From Torpedo marmorata (taxonomy: Eukaryota): a DNA stretch of 64,000 bases. Under the pieces are notes generated by a model that saw only the letters and a program-made list of their open reading frames with translations, did not search any database and was not told the DNA's origin. The position numbers and the translations under genes are program-made. Location: NCBI GenBank assembly GCA_977017645.1, contig OZ360229.1, forward strand, positions 78,182,001-78,246,000, read 5' to 3'. Below, in pieces: positions 49,535 through 62,200 of this stretch. Each line of letters begins with the position of its first letter. Position 1 is the stretch's first letter.

Positions 49535-50135
49535 AACGAGGTTGAAAGTCCAGTGGCATGGTGTCAGATAACAACCCTACCCTCGATGTCAATAAGATGA
49601 AGAAGATGATCATAGACTTCAAGAGAGGGTTAGACACCACACCCCTGTCCACATTAATGGTGCTGAAGTTGAAAGAGTAGACATCTTCAAGCTTTGAAGA
49701 ATAAACATCTCCAACGACCCAAGTTGGGAAAAACACGTTGATACGACAATCAAGTAAGCTCACCAATGCCTCTACTTTCTGAGAAGACTAAGGAAGTTCA
49801 GCATATCCTCCTTGTCCATCAATAATGAAAGCAGACTTGCTGGATCAGCGTGGTACAGGAGCTGCTCTGCTCAAGATCAGAACAGGCTACGGAAGGTGGT
49901 GAATGCAGTTCAGAACATAATAAAAACTTCCCTCCCCCCACATGGTCTCTATCTACATTTCCCACTGCCTAGGAAAGGCAACCCACATACTGATGGGCCC
50001 ATCACATCTGCGACACACTCTCTTCGCCCTCCTCCCTTTGAGGTGGGGGAGGGGAGGCTTATGAGTGTGAAAGCACACACCAACAGGCTCAAAGACAGTT
50101 TCTTTCCCACAGCCATCAGGCTCCTGAATGAACCC
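49535..50135 (+). mobile_element. Degenerate Rex/L2-like LINE fragment
   Basis: K..KMIIDFK, KKAHQCLYFLRRLRKF, TNRLKDSFFPTAIRLLN motifs. Confidence 0.75.
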
Positions 50136-50563
50136 CACAACATTGCTCTCATGCTGCCCTTGCTTCGTGCTAATTGATCTTCCTTTTCACTGAAATCGAA
50201 TACTCTATACACGTTTATACGCAATGTTAAAGATAACCTTTTAGTCTTTTTGCAGAAGCACCCTTCTCACTGCCCCAGCAATCTTTCCCTCTTACCTGAC
50301 TCTCCACCTCTCCCATCTTCTGCCCAATACACCATCATCTCTCAGCTCCTTTCGCCCCCCCCCCCATGATATCACCCCTTCCTACGTTAGTCTCAATAAA
50401 AGGTCCTGATTTGAAACATTGACGCTGCCTGACCCACTGAGCACCTCCATCTTCTCTTTTGCTCAAGATTCTGGCATCTGCGATTTTTGTGTTTCAAAAT
50501 TTTGCTTGGGATGGCTGAAACGTCAATGAATTAATAAAGAGCAAAAAGAGAAAAAGTGCTTAC

Positions 50564-50660
50564 CGGCTTGCACCAGAATAAACTCCTTCGACTCCACACC
50601 TACACGGTTGCTGGCAGTGCAGTTGTAAGGACCAAAGTCACTTTCTGAATCAGGTGTGAC
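50564..50660 (-). CDS. NCAM1: NCAM1 exon (exon 10 equivalent; Ig5 C-terminal part)
   Basis: 97 nt, ctttag|GTC...GCC G|gtaagc. VTPDSESDFGPYNCTASNRVGVESKEFILVQA(E), cf. NCAM1 [33 protein letters not shown]. Confidence 0.96.
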
Positions 50661-51449
50661 CTAAAGAGATACAGAACATCAGACATACATCACTGTACTG
50701 GCATCAACCTGACTTTAAAGAGCCTGCTAAAGAAGCTGACGATGTTTTTTATTTCAATCCTGCAATGGGGGAGAGGTGGGAACAATTATAATGTTTAAAA
50801 AGCAGTTGCACAGAATCATAGATAGGAAAGGCTGAGAAGGATGTGGGCCCAATGCATGCAAGGAGGACTCGCCCAGAATGCCAATTTGGTCAAATGTACG
50901 AGAAGGGCTGAAGGGCCTGCTCTGTGCTGAATGCCTTGATCATCTTTTTGCAATATGGACTGAACGTTCCCAGGTCAAATTGTGCTGCTCTAAAAATTTG
51001 GCCTGGGACTTCTGGTCATAAAGAATCTTGCTGATACTACTTCCGCATCTGATAAGCATCAAATGACCCCCCCCACCCCCACCTGGAAACGTTACAAAAA
51101 GAGCATGGCCAGGGAAATTAGTGTAGATCGGAGTGAGGAGCACACGCTGTTGGGTACTCCCTGATCAGTCTCAGGGCTGGAACCCCATTATTTGCTCCTT
51201 CTCCTTCATGAACCCCTCCCATAGTTTCAGTGCTCTGCCCATGCCTGCACACTGCTCCGCCAATCTCAACCCAGGCCCAGACCTGAGGGCTTAGTGTGAT
51301 TCAATTTCTCGGTGCTTTTCTAGATGTTTGAGCATGGACAGTAAAGTCAGTTGACCAATAATCTTTTTGAGCTTCTCCCTTATCTCCAAAGTAGCCCCCA
51401 GAAGCATAGGGTACATCAGAACACAAGAAACAGCAACAGGTCATCTCAA

Positions 51450-51945
51450 CATAGTAGATGTAGAAGGGTTGTTTCCCATGGTGGGGGAGTCCAGGATGTG
51501 CTAACGTTGGAGAGGGTTCAGAAGAGGTTCACAAGGATGATTCCGGAAATGAAAGGGTTATCATATGAGGAAAGTTTGACAGCTCTTGGCCTGTACTTGT
51601 TGGAATTTAGGAGAATGAGGGGGGATCTAATTGAAACATTTTGAATGTTGAAGTAGATGTAGAAAGGTTGTATCCTATGGTGGGAGAGACTAGGACAAGA
51701 GGGCGCCACTTCAGCCAGAGGGTGGTGAATCTGTGGAATTTGTTGCCACAGGCGGTTGTGGAGGCCAGGTAATTGGGTGTACTTAAGACAGAGATTGATA
51801 GGTCTTCATTAGCCAGGTCATCAAAGGTTATGGGGAGAAGGCCAGGCAGTGGGGCTGAGTGGGAAAATGCATTAGCTCATTATTAAATGGTGGGGTAGAC
51901 TCGATGGGCTGAATAGCCTATTTCTGCTCCTCTGTCTTATAGTCC
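51450..51945 (+). mobile_element. CR1 3' fragment (rearranged)
   Basis: LERVQKRFTRMIPEMKGLSYEE...RMRGDLIETF; the gtagatgtaga..ggttg..catggtgg segment occurs twice. Confidence 0.8.
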
Positions 51946-52371
51946 TTTAAATATGTTCTGTCGATGGGAGTGTGGCAGATATCACGTCACCACACTTCCA
52001 CATGATTCCCATATTCTTTAATTCCTTTTATGTTCAGAAACCTCCTGATCATATATATCCATGAATAACTGGAGTCTCCCCTGCTGGAAGAGGAGAGAAT
52101 TCTAAATGTTTCATAAACCTCCGAAAGAAATCTTTGCTGAACTCAATTTGAAAAGCTGACTCCTCATCCCAAGACAGCATTTCTTTGTTCCAGGTTTGAA
52201 CCTTCAGTATTCAACCTTAAAATCCTTTGGGGAGTATGGCAGTGCTGTGGTTAAGCTAATGGTCTAGTAATCCAGGGAATAGACCATTGATCTTTTTATA
52301 TATTTTTGATATACTTTAGACATACAGCACGGTAACAGGCCCTCCTAGTCCATGAGCCCAAATACCCCAAT

Positions 52372-55300
52372 TAGACAATAGACAATAGGTGCTGGAGTAG
52401 GTCCTTCGGCCCATCGAGCCAGCACCGCCATTTAACAGATCATGGCTGATCACTACTATCAGTACCCCTTTCCAGCCTTATCCCCATAACCCTTAACTCC
52501 CCTGCCCACTGGAGTCTTATCTAACTCTCTTTTGAACATAATTAGCGAATCTGCCTCTACCACCCTCTGTGGCAAAGCATTCCACAGATTCACACTTCTC
52601 TGGGTAAAAAAAATTTTCCTCATCTCCGTCCTAAAGGGCCTCCTAAAGGGCCTTCCCTGTATTCTTAAACTATGCCCTCTAGTCCTCGTCTCTCCCATCA
52701 TTGGGAACAAGTAATCCGATTCCACCCTGTCTATCCCCTTGATAATCTTGTATACATCAATCATGTCCCCCCTCATCCTTCTAAACTCCATCGGATATAA
52801 GCCCAGTTTTTCTAACCTTTCAGCATATGTCAATCCTGCCATCCCGGGAACAAACCTTGTAAATCTGCGCTGCACACCCTCTATAGCTAGTATGTCCTTC
52901 CTCAAATTTGGGGACCAGAGCTGGACGCAATACTCCAGGTGAGGTCTCACCAGGGCCCTGTACAACTGCAGGAGGGCATCTCTGCTCCTACACTCCAATC
53001 CCCTCTTTATGAAAGCGAACATGCCATTTGCCTTCTTCACAGCTTTCTGAACCTGCATGTTAGCCTTCAGTGACTGGTGTACAAGTACACCCAGATCCAT
53101 TTGCACTTCCCCACTCCCTAGCTTGTCTCCATTTAAATAATACTCAGCTTTCCTAATACTGCCCCCAAAATGGACAACCTCACATTTGCTCACATTGAAC
53201 TTCATCTTCCATTCCTCAGCCCACTCCCCCAACCTGTCCAAGTCCCTCTGCATTTTCCTGACATCCTCCTCACACTTTACACCGCCACCCAGTTTAGTGT
53301 CGTCTGCAAATTTGATCATGTTATTAATAATCCCTTCATCCAAATCATTTACATAAATGATAAACAACTGAGGACCCAACACCGATCCCTGTGGCACTCC
53401 ACTTGTCACATCCTGCCATCCTGAAAATGACCCGCTTATCCCAACCTTTTGTTTCCTATTTCTTAACCAATTTCCTATCCATGTCAGCACCTTACCTCCA
53501 ATACCATGCTCCTTGATTTTGCCCACTAGTCTCCTGTGCAGGACCTTATCAAAGGCCTTCTGGAAGTCCAAATACACCACATCCACTGGCTCTCCCAAGT
53601 CCACCCTCTTTGTCACATCTTCGAAAAATTCCAGAAGGTTAGTCAAGCATGATTTACCCTTAAGGAATCCATGCTGACTAGCCCCTGTACTATTATTTCT
53701 GCCTAAGTTTTCTGCTATTACTCCTTTTATGATAGATTCCAATATCTTCCCCATGACTTAAAAAGTGGCACCACATCAGCCACTCTCCAATCCACAGGAA
53801 CTTTGGAAAATGTCGACCAGTGCCTCCACAATTTCCAGAGCAACCTCTTTAAGCACCCTGGGATGCAGCCCAGCAGGCCCTGGGGATTTATCAGCCCTCA
53901 GTCCCAACAATTTACTCACAACCTCCTGCTTCTGGATCTGGATATCCATCAGATTCCCTACTTCCCTAGGAAAGTTCCCCAAGTCTCTTGATACTGCATG
54001 ACCACTACCCCCTAACTGACCATAACCTATATCCTCCTTGGTGAAGACAGATGCAAAGTATCTGTTAAATTCCTCAGCCATTTCCTTGTTTCCAGTAATA
54101 ATTTTACCCTTTTCCATTTTTAATGGCCCAATTTTAGTCCGAACCAATTTCTTCCTCTTCACATATCTAAAAAAGCTTTTGCTATCCTCTATTATATTAT
54201 TTGCTAATTTCCTCTCGTACTTCATTTTCCCCTCTCGTATGACTTTCTTAGTTACCCTCTGATGTTTTTTGAAGGTTTCCCAATCCTCTAACTTCCCACT
54301 CTGCTTCGCTATCTTATACTTACTCCCTTTGGACTTGATATTGCACTTGATTTCGTTAGTTAGCCACAGCTGCCATTTGCATCTCCTAGAGCCTTTCCTC
54401 CACTTTGGAATGAATTTGTCCTGAATCCTGTGAAAAAAGCCCATAAATACCTGCCATTTTTACCCAGTTGTCCTCCCAGCTAGGGTATCTTTCCATTTTA
54501 TTTTGGCTAGCTCCTCCCTCATGGCTGCATAATCCCCTTTATTTAACTGCAGTACTGATGCTTCCGACTTCCTTTCTTTTTCCCTTTCCATTTGCAAATT
54601 AAAAGTAACCATACTATGGTCACTATTCCCTAATGGCACCCCTACTTCGAGGTCACTTATTAACTCTGCGTCGCTGCACAGTACCAAGTCCAGAATCGAC
54701 TTCCCCCGGTAGGTTCCTCCACTAGCTGCTCCAAGAATGTATCTCGGAGACATTCTATAAACTCACTCTCTTGCTTTCCTGCCCCTGCCTGATTTTCCCA
54801 GTCCACCTTCATGTTGAAGTCCCCCATAACTACCGTATTGCTACCACTTTGACATGCCACTCTTAATTCTTGATTTATACTACTTCCTATATCTGAGCTA
54901 CTTTTCGGAGGCCTGTAAATGACCCCCATTATGGTCTTATGTCTTTGCAATTTCTTAATTCTATCCAAACAAATTCTATCCAAACAGACTCTACCCCACC
55001 TGTTTCAATGTCTTTCCTTTAAAATGCCTGAATTTCATTTCTTACCAACAGAGCTACCCAACCTCCTCTTCCTAACTTTCTGTCCTTTCTATAGGACGTG
55101 TACCCTGGAACATTTATTTCCCAATCCTGTCCCTCCTGCAGCCATGTCTCCGTTACTCCGATAATGTCATAACCTCCTATTGCCATTTGCGCCTCAAGCT
55201 CATCCATTTTATTCCTTACACTCCGTGCATTCATATACAATACCTTGATACCATACCTCCCTTCTTTCTCCACCTTTGTACCTGACGCACTTGCCCCTAC

Positions 55301-55411
55301 TCTCCTATCCCTTTTTGTTCCCTTTTTCCTTATGGTTTCACCGTCTATCGGAACCACCCCTATATTCACTCTCCTATCCGTTTCCCTATCAGTCTGGTTC
55401 CCTTCCCCCTG
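52372..55411 (-). mobile_element. CR1 LINE (entire ORF2: APE and RT, frameshifted), inserted into a V-SINE
   Basis: YMNARSVRNK, VTETW, GDFN, SDH; 431-aa open RT segment 52459..53754 (QHGF, FQKAFD, VPQGSVLGP, FADD); (ctattgt)n tail. SINE halves at 52315-52371 and 55412-55540 rejoin as ccccaatt..cctacaaaccc. Confidence 0.95.
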
Positions 55412-55984
55412 CCTACAAACCCTGTATATTTTGAAGGGAGAAAACTGGAGCACCCGGAGGAAACCCTTGCAGACACGGGGAGAACGTACAAACTCCTTAC
55501 AGACAGCGCCGGATTCAAACCCAGGTCGCTGGCGCTGTAATCTTTATGCACATGCTCAAATCCCATGACAGTAGCAAGGGAATGGAAATTCAATTACCGG
55601 TAATTATTATGAAAAGTTAGCATCAACGATGGTGACTACCAAAATGGTGTAAAATCCCATCAGATTCACCAATGTTCTTTTGGGAAGGAAATCTACCAAT
55701 CTTACATGGTTTTGTCTATTCATGCTTCACACCCGTAGGAATGTGGTTGGCTCTTAGATGGCCTCTGAAATGGCACAGCAAGTGTCTCGGATCAGGTACA
55801 GTGGATGGACAATAAATGCTGGCTTTGCCAGTGCAACCAGCATCCTGTGAATTAATCAACTTTAGAAGAACCTTCTAGGAAAACGTAACATTTAATAGTG
55901 GATCATCTCTTTGTTCTAAACTTCAGCGAGGTCAGTCCAAATCTGCACGAATCTGGCAATGAAAGCTTTGCTTTCATCCCTTAC

Positions 55985-56169
55985 CTGAAGGTAGCTGATA
56001 GATCGTGTGCTGTAGATCTTGATACTGCTGTAGTTGGAGCTTGGCAAATGTTGTCCATCTCGAAACCACGTTACCAGAGCATAAGGATGTGCAAGAACTT
56101 CACAGGTGATATTCACGGGGTTTCCCTCCCATGTGTAGACAGTCACAGACCCCTGTAGCTTGGGTGCAT
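55985..56169 (-). CDS. NCAM1: NCAM1 exon (exon 9 equivalent; Ig5 N-terminal part)
   Basis: 185 nt, ctcag|AT GCA...CAG|gtaagg. (Y)APKLQGSVTVYTWEGNPVNITCEVLAHPYALVTWFRDGQHLPSSNYSSIKIYSTRSISYLQ. Phase joins the previous exon; overlaps ORF 55916..56146. Confidence 0.97.
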
Positions 56170-56574
56170 CTGAGGTTGAGAGACGAGAATGATTGGAAAG
56201 GTTTATGTTTGCAAAAAAAAAAAAAGAAAAGAAAAGAAAAACCTGCTCTCATCAATGTTGCTGACGTAGAATGGGAGAAAGAGGGAGGGCTCGATGATAG
56301 CCCACACTGAGAGTGAGCTGCTCATTGGAGGGACGGGAGCTTTACAATGCCTAAATGGAGTACATTGTGTTTCCATTGTTAAATTATTCGGAGACACTTG
56401 CGTTTGAAGTGTTTCAGAACAAACCAGTCTAGAAATGCAATAGTTCCTCATCTCCCATGGGACCAGGTTGTGTGTGATGGTTGAAAATCACAAATCACAA
56501 AAATTCTGATTGCCATTCAGCAACAGGACAAAACAACACCCCATCATGAGCTGTGGAACAATGCAACAGCACTT

Positions 56575-56970
56575 ATAGATCACAGAACAGCATCGGAGAA
56601 GGCCCTTCATGATTTCCTAATTAAATTGACACTGCTGCTTGCCCTCCATCCCTTCATATTCACGTATCTCTCAAATGCCACTATCGTATCTGCTTCCACC
56701 ACTACGCCTGGCAGCCCGTTCCAGGCACCCACCACTCTGTGTAAAATATTTACCCCCCTATAAACTTCCTCCCCCTCACCTTAAATGCATGTCCTCGACT
56801 GCGTGATGCTTTTACCCTGGGAAAAGATTCCACCTTATCTATATCTCAGGTCGCCGCTCAGCCTCTGACACTCCAGAGAAAACAACCCAAGTTTGTCCAA
56901 CCTCTCCCTATAACTCATACTCTCTGAACCAGGTAACATCCTGGTACCTCTTCTGTACCATTTCCAAAGT
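56575..56970 (-). mobile_element. CR1 3' fragment
   Basis: TRMLPG..MSYRERLDKLGLFSLE..RL.GDL motif and CR1-type 3' UTR. Confidence 0.8.
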
Positions 56971-57815
56971 CTTGAAGTGATCTTAAACTGAATTATTGAC
57001 TGGTTCTCCCCTTGGATGCTAACCACTTCCTGTTTCACAAAAAATGAACAATTAATTTTCCATCGGAAAATTATCCTGCACAAATTCATAATTCACACTA
57101 TCTGTAGCTAACTACACTATTAAACAAATGTGCTAATACAGTAGCAAACTTGGATGTAAACAATTATTAATCACTAATCCATAAGACTACCTCTGCAAAA
57201 TGTAACATTCCCATTACACCAGTGGTTCTCAAACTTTTATCACTCACAGACCACGTGCAATAAGACCCACAGATCATCAGTGTGACGGGGTTGTGGGGGG
57301 GTGGGGAGGTGGGGAACTCGAGGTCCTTCCCAGACCACCAACAGCATTATTGTTTTGTTTTGCTGGGGACATTTTTTGAGAATGTTCATGTTTTTTTTTA
57401 ATGTCAAATTTACACCCTTGCTTTACATGTTACCTGCTCATTATAATCAGTAATATGTTTTTCTTGTTGCATTACTACTGATATCTATACAGGTTGGGAA
57501 ATGCCGTATTACAGAATACTAATGTTCAAAGGCAAACCAAAAAGTGATTGATAATAAAATGATTAATAAATTAAAAAGATGAATAAGATTAACAGAAGAA
57601 ATCTAATTTATTTTCTGCTACATTTTATTAATGTGAATAAACAGCGGATGGAATAATACCATGTCATTTCTAATTAATTATCTTAATCTATTTATGCAAC
57701 ACCAGAATATTTGATTAGCTTGAAGACCACATTATAAAGAGAATGCAACTGCATGAGCGAGGACATGGGGAAGATTTACGAGAGGAGATAAAAGTGATGT
57801 GAAATTCTCACTTAC

Positions 57816-57966
57816 ACTGAACTTCGAGGTACATGGATTCCGAGTCCTGGCCAATTGAATTTTTGGCTTTGCACATATATTCACCCGAGTCAGTGTGCTG
57901 AATGTCCTTGAGAGTCAGTGAAGAAAGCCTCGCATAGCTGTGAACCTCGATTCGCCCATCCATGGT
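57816..57966 (-). CDS. NCAM1: NCAM1 exon (mammalian exon 8 equivalent; C-terminal half of Ig4)
   Basis: 151-nt exon, cctgacag|ACC...CAG T|gtaagt. Translates TMDGRIEVHSYARLSSLTLKDIQHTDSGEYMCKAKNSIGQDSESMYLEVQ(Y), matching NCAM1 TLDGHMVVRSHARVSSLTLKSIQYTDAGEYICTASNTIGQDSQSMYLEVQY. Confidence 0.96.
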
Positions 57967-58903
57967 CTGTCAGGTGTAAAAATGTGATATTAGCAATGGT
58001 TTGTGTGGAAGCACTGATCACATGCCACAGGCTAGCATCAGGTACTGGATAGCCTCCCTGCCCTTTAGCATTTCTCTGCAGTATTACCTGGATGATTTAC
58101 ATTCCATTATGGGATTAATTTCAATACAAAAAAGTTGCATTCATCAATTTAGTAATTAATAGATGCTTTAAAGTTCCATAAACTTTATAAAAGTTTAATC
58201 CCCCAATATGAAATCCTGTTTTATTTTCCTTTAATTAATGGGCTTAAAAATACAAACAATATACAAAAGAATATAAGCAGTTGCTGATGAACAGCTGGTG
58301 ATGAGTCATGAAACATTAAAGTACCTGTGAAACTTTAATCAATTATATCCTGTAAATATGAAAGCATTCTGCTTCTCTTAAGGGAGCGAAGCTCCCAATG
58401 ATTCACTGTCAGATCTGTGTCCAGGCAGCAAGTGCTCTAATTCCTCTTACTTCAACCACAATGTAAATACAACACACAAATATATATAGGCTCAATGATG
58501 AATTCTGCACGATGTCTGCATTGCATTTGGCAAGAGTAACCAGTCGGAAACCCACATCAATGTCAGTTTGCTGCTTAAACTCTCTGATTGAAATTGGTAT
58601 CTTCTTTAAATCTCTCATTTTGTGCACCGCTCTCTTAATTAATCTTTTGTTCTCCCTTTGCCTTCACACATTTTTCTTCATACATCTTCTGCCTTCCTTG
58701 CATCCAGCACTTGCTACCACTCTTTTTATCCTCTGTGAATTTCCTCCGCAAGCAGCAAAACTATGAAGGTCAACGCACATGCCTAATCTTCACCTGATTC
58801 ACAATCCCTTGGTGCCCGTCTCATGGCATCAGCCCTCACCTCTCTCCTCCACACATACCCGATTCTCTGCCTGTCCCTGCGTCAACCTACACTCTCACAC
58901 CCC

Positions 58904-59165
58904 TGATGTACCTATCAATGACAGACGCAAGTCTGGAAGTGCAGGAAATCAATAGGCTTTTAATACCAGAAATCAGGCCAGGGCTAAGCTACACTTTGAC
59001 CTGGTGATCCCTGCTGGATTGTCCCGGAACTGAGGGAGGAGTCAATGGCTCAAGGCCTTTATTCCAGGGGAAAGGGGGGAGGAGTCACCGGGACAGACAG
59101 ACAGGTCATGGTCATACTTGCCTCAGGCCACAATACATATATACATACTAAAGTGGTTTACCACA
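58904..59165 (-). repeat. 3' LTR
   Basis: Preceded on the minus strand by the purine tract AAAAGAAGGGGTGAA. Confidence 0.97.
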
Positions 59166-59268
59166 TTCACCCCTTCTTTTAGGACAAGTCCGACAGGGGG
59201 GTGAAGTGGATACCGTAATTTAAAAAAACACAAATAAACATAGATTATTTACATAGTCATTATTACGT

Positions 59269-62200
59269 CTACAGGTTGAGTCTAACCGGCGGCCGGATTC
59301 GCCGCTGTGACCTGCGTAGTACCAGCGGTGATGGTAGTGGTTGTGGAATGAGGGTACGTGATGCCTGCGGAGATGGTTGTGGTTGTGGAATGGGAGTAGG
59401 TGTAGTAGGGTGGGTCTGGGTCTGGTTTGCCTCCTGCCTGGCTTGTGGCCTTTCCAGCTCCGGCTGGGGCGTTGTACCCGCCGTGCTGGGAGGCGGATGG
59501 GCCGGAGGGGGCAGCTGTGACCCGGCGTTCCCGCTGTCGGGGACCTCTTCTGACGCTCCTGCAGGCGCCAGGTCCCGTATTGACACCGTGTCTTCCCGCC
59601 CGTCGGGGAAAACCACGAATGCGTACTGCGGGTTCGCATGGATCAGCTGCACCCTCTCGACCAAGGGCTCGTACTTGCTACTCCGAAGATGTTTGCGGAG
59701 TAGCACCGGTCCCGGGGACGTCAGCCAGGCAGGGAGGGTAGTCCCGGTAGTCGATTTTCTGGGGAAGGAAAAGAGACGTTCGTGAGGGGTAGCGTTAGTG
59801 GCAGTACATAAGAGGGATCGTATAGAGTGGAGGGCGTCCGGGAGAACCTCCTGCCAGCGGGCCACTGGCCACCCTTTTGATTTCAGGGCCAGTAGTGTAG
59901 CTGTCCATACAGTGGCGTTCTCCCTCTCCACCTGTCCGTTCCCCCGTGGGTTGTACCCCGTGGTCCTACTGGTGGCGATGCCTCGGGTCTGCAAATGCTG
60001 TCGCAGCTCCTCGCTCATGAACGCGGATCCCCGGTCGCTATGGATATAGCTGGGGAACCCGAACAAGGTGAATACCTGGCGGAGGGCCTTGATAGCCGAA
60101 GCCGCCGAGGTATCTGGGCAGGGGATGGCAAAGGGGAACCGCGAGTACTCATCGATGATGTTAAGGAAGTACACATTGCGGTTCGTGGAGGGAAGGGGGC
60201 CCTTGAAGTCTACACTGAGACGTTCGAACGGGCGTGTGGCCTTGACCAGCTGTGCTCTGACGGGGCGGTAGTACTGCGGTTTGCATTCCGCACAGACTCG
60301 GCAGCTGCTGGTCATGGTTCTGACCTCATCCAGGGAGAAAGGCAGGTTCCGTGCTTTGATGAAGTGGAACAGCCTGGTGACTCCTGGGTGGCAGAGGTCG
60401 TTGTGTAGGGAGTATAACCGGTCGATCTGCGCGCTGGCGCACGATCCCCGGGATAGAGCGTCGGAGGGCTCGTTGAGCTTCCCGGGCCGGTACATGATGT
60501 CGTAATTGTAGGTGGAGAGTTCTATTCTCCACCTCATGATTTTGTCATTCTTGATTTTACCCCGCTGCTGGCTGTTAAACATGAATGCGACGGAGCGCTG
60601 GTCCGTCAGCAGGGTAAAATGTTTTCCGGCAAGATAGTGCCTCCAGTGCCGAACAGCCTCAACAATGGCCTGGGCCTCTTTCTCTACCGCGGAGTGCCGA
60701 ATTTCGGGGCCTTGAAGGGTGCGGGAGAAAAACGCTACCGGTCTTCCCGCCTGGTTGAGGGTAGCAGCCAGTGCGAAGTCCGAGGCGTCACTCTCCACCT
60801 GAAAAGGTTCCGACTCGTCCACCGCGTGCATCGCTGCTCGGGCGATGTCCCCTTTTATGAGGTCGAAAGCCTCACGTGCCTCCGCTGCAAGGGGAAACTT
60901 GGTGGACTTGACGAGGGGTCGGGCTTTGTCCGCGTAGTTTGGGACCCACTGCGCATAATACGAGAAGAACCCGAGGCATCGTTTAAGGGCTTTGGGGGTG
61001 AGGGGAATCGGAAGTTCCAACAGGGGGCGCATGCAGTCGGGGTCGGGTCCAATCACCCCGTTCTCCACGACGCACCCCAGGATAGCGAGTCGGGTAGTCC
61101 CGAACACGCATTTCTCCTCGTTATAGGTGAGGTTCAGCGTCTTAGCCGCCTGTAGGAACTTCCGAAGGTTCCTATCGTGATCCTGGCGATCATGACCACA
61201 AATGGTGATGTCGTCCAGGTACGGGAAGGTGGCAGTGAGTTTGAACTGGTCAATGATCCTGTCCATCTCCCGTTGAAACACGGATACCCCATTTGTTACC
61301 CCGAAGGGGACGCGCAGAAAATGGAATAATCTGCCGTCCGCCTCGAAAGCGGTGTACGCTCGGTCTTCCCGGCGAATCGGAAGCTGGTGGTAAGCCGACT
61401 TTAGGTCAATAGTGGAGAATACTTTATACTGCGCAATCTGGTTGACCATATCCGCGATTCTCGGCAGCGGATAGGCATCCAGTTGCGTGAACCGGTTAAT
61501 GGTCTGGCTATAGTCCACCACCATCCGGCTCTTAGCCCCGTTCTTCACCACGACTACCTGTGCTCTCCAGGGGCTGTTACTGGGTGCTATGATCCCTTCC
61601 CCCAGTAGACGATGCACTTCCGCCTTAATGAAAGCCCTGTCCCCTGCACTGTATCGCCTACTTTTAGTCGCTACAGGCTTACAGTCAGGGGTCAGGTTGG
61701 CGAAGAGTGGCGGGGGTTGGGTCTTCAGCGTGGAGAGACCACAGGTAGTCTGGGGCGTATTATTCAAGTACTGGGGGTTGGTCACAACGATCGGGGGGTG
61801 GGGCCCATCATAGTGCATGGTGACGCTTCGCAGGTGGCTTTGGAAGTCCAGTCCCAGCAATACAGGAGCACACAAACGGGGCATGACCATCAATGAAAAC
61901 CCGCGATATTCCGTGCCCTGCACTACTATATTCGCCACACAACCCCCCCGGATGTCTGTTGTGTGGGTTCCAGACGCCATGGCCACCCTCTGGCTTACCG
62001 GTACAATTGTGAGGCCACAGCGCTGGGCAGTGTCTGGGTGGACAAAACTTTCAGTACTGCCTGTGTCGAACAGGCAGGTAGTCTTATGCCCCTCAACTAG
62101 TATGTCCATCATCGATCTGGACAGCTGATGGGGCGCGCTCTGATCCAGCATCACGGATGCCAGGGTCGAGACGTAGTCTTGATCCGACGAGTCGTCTTGA

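Noticed and set aside
57219-57290. hAT/Charlie-like terminus cagtggttctcaaactttt
   Set aside because: No convincing partner TIR or TSD found, so the element cannot be delimited.
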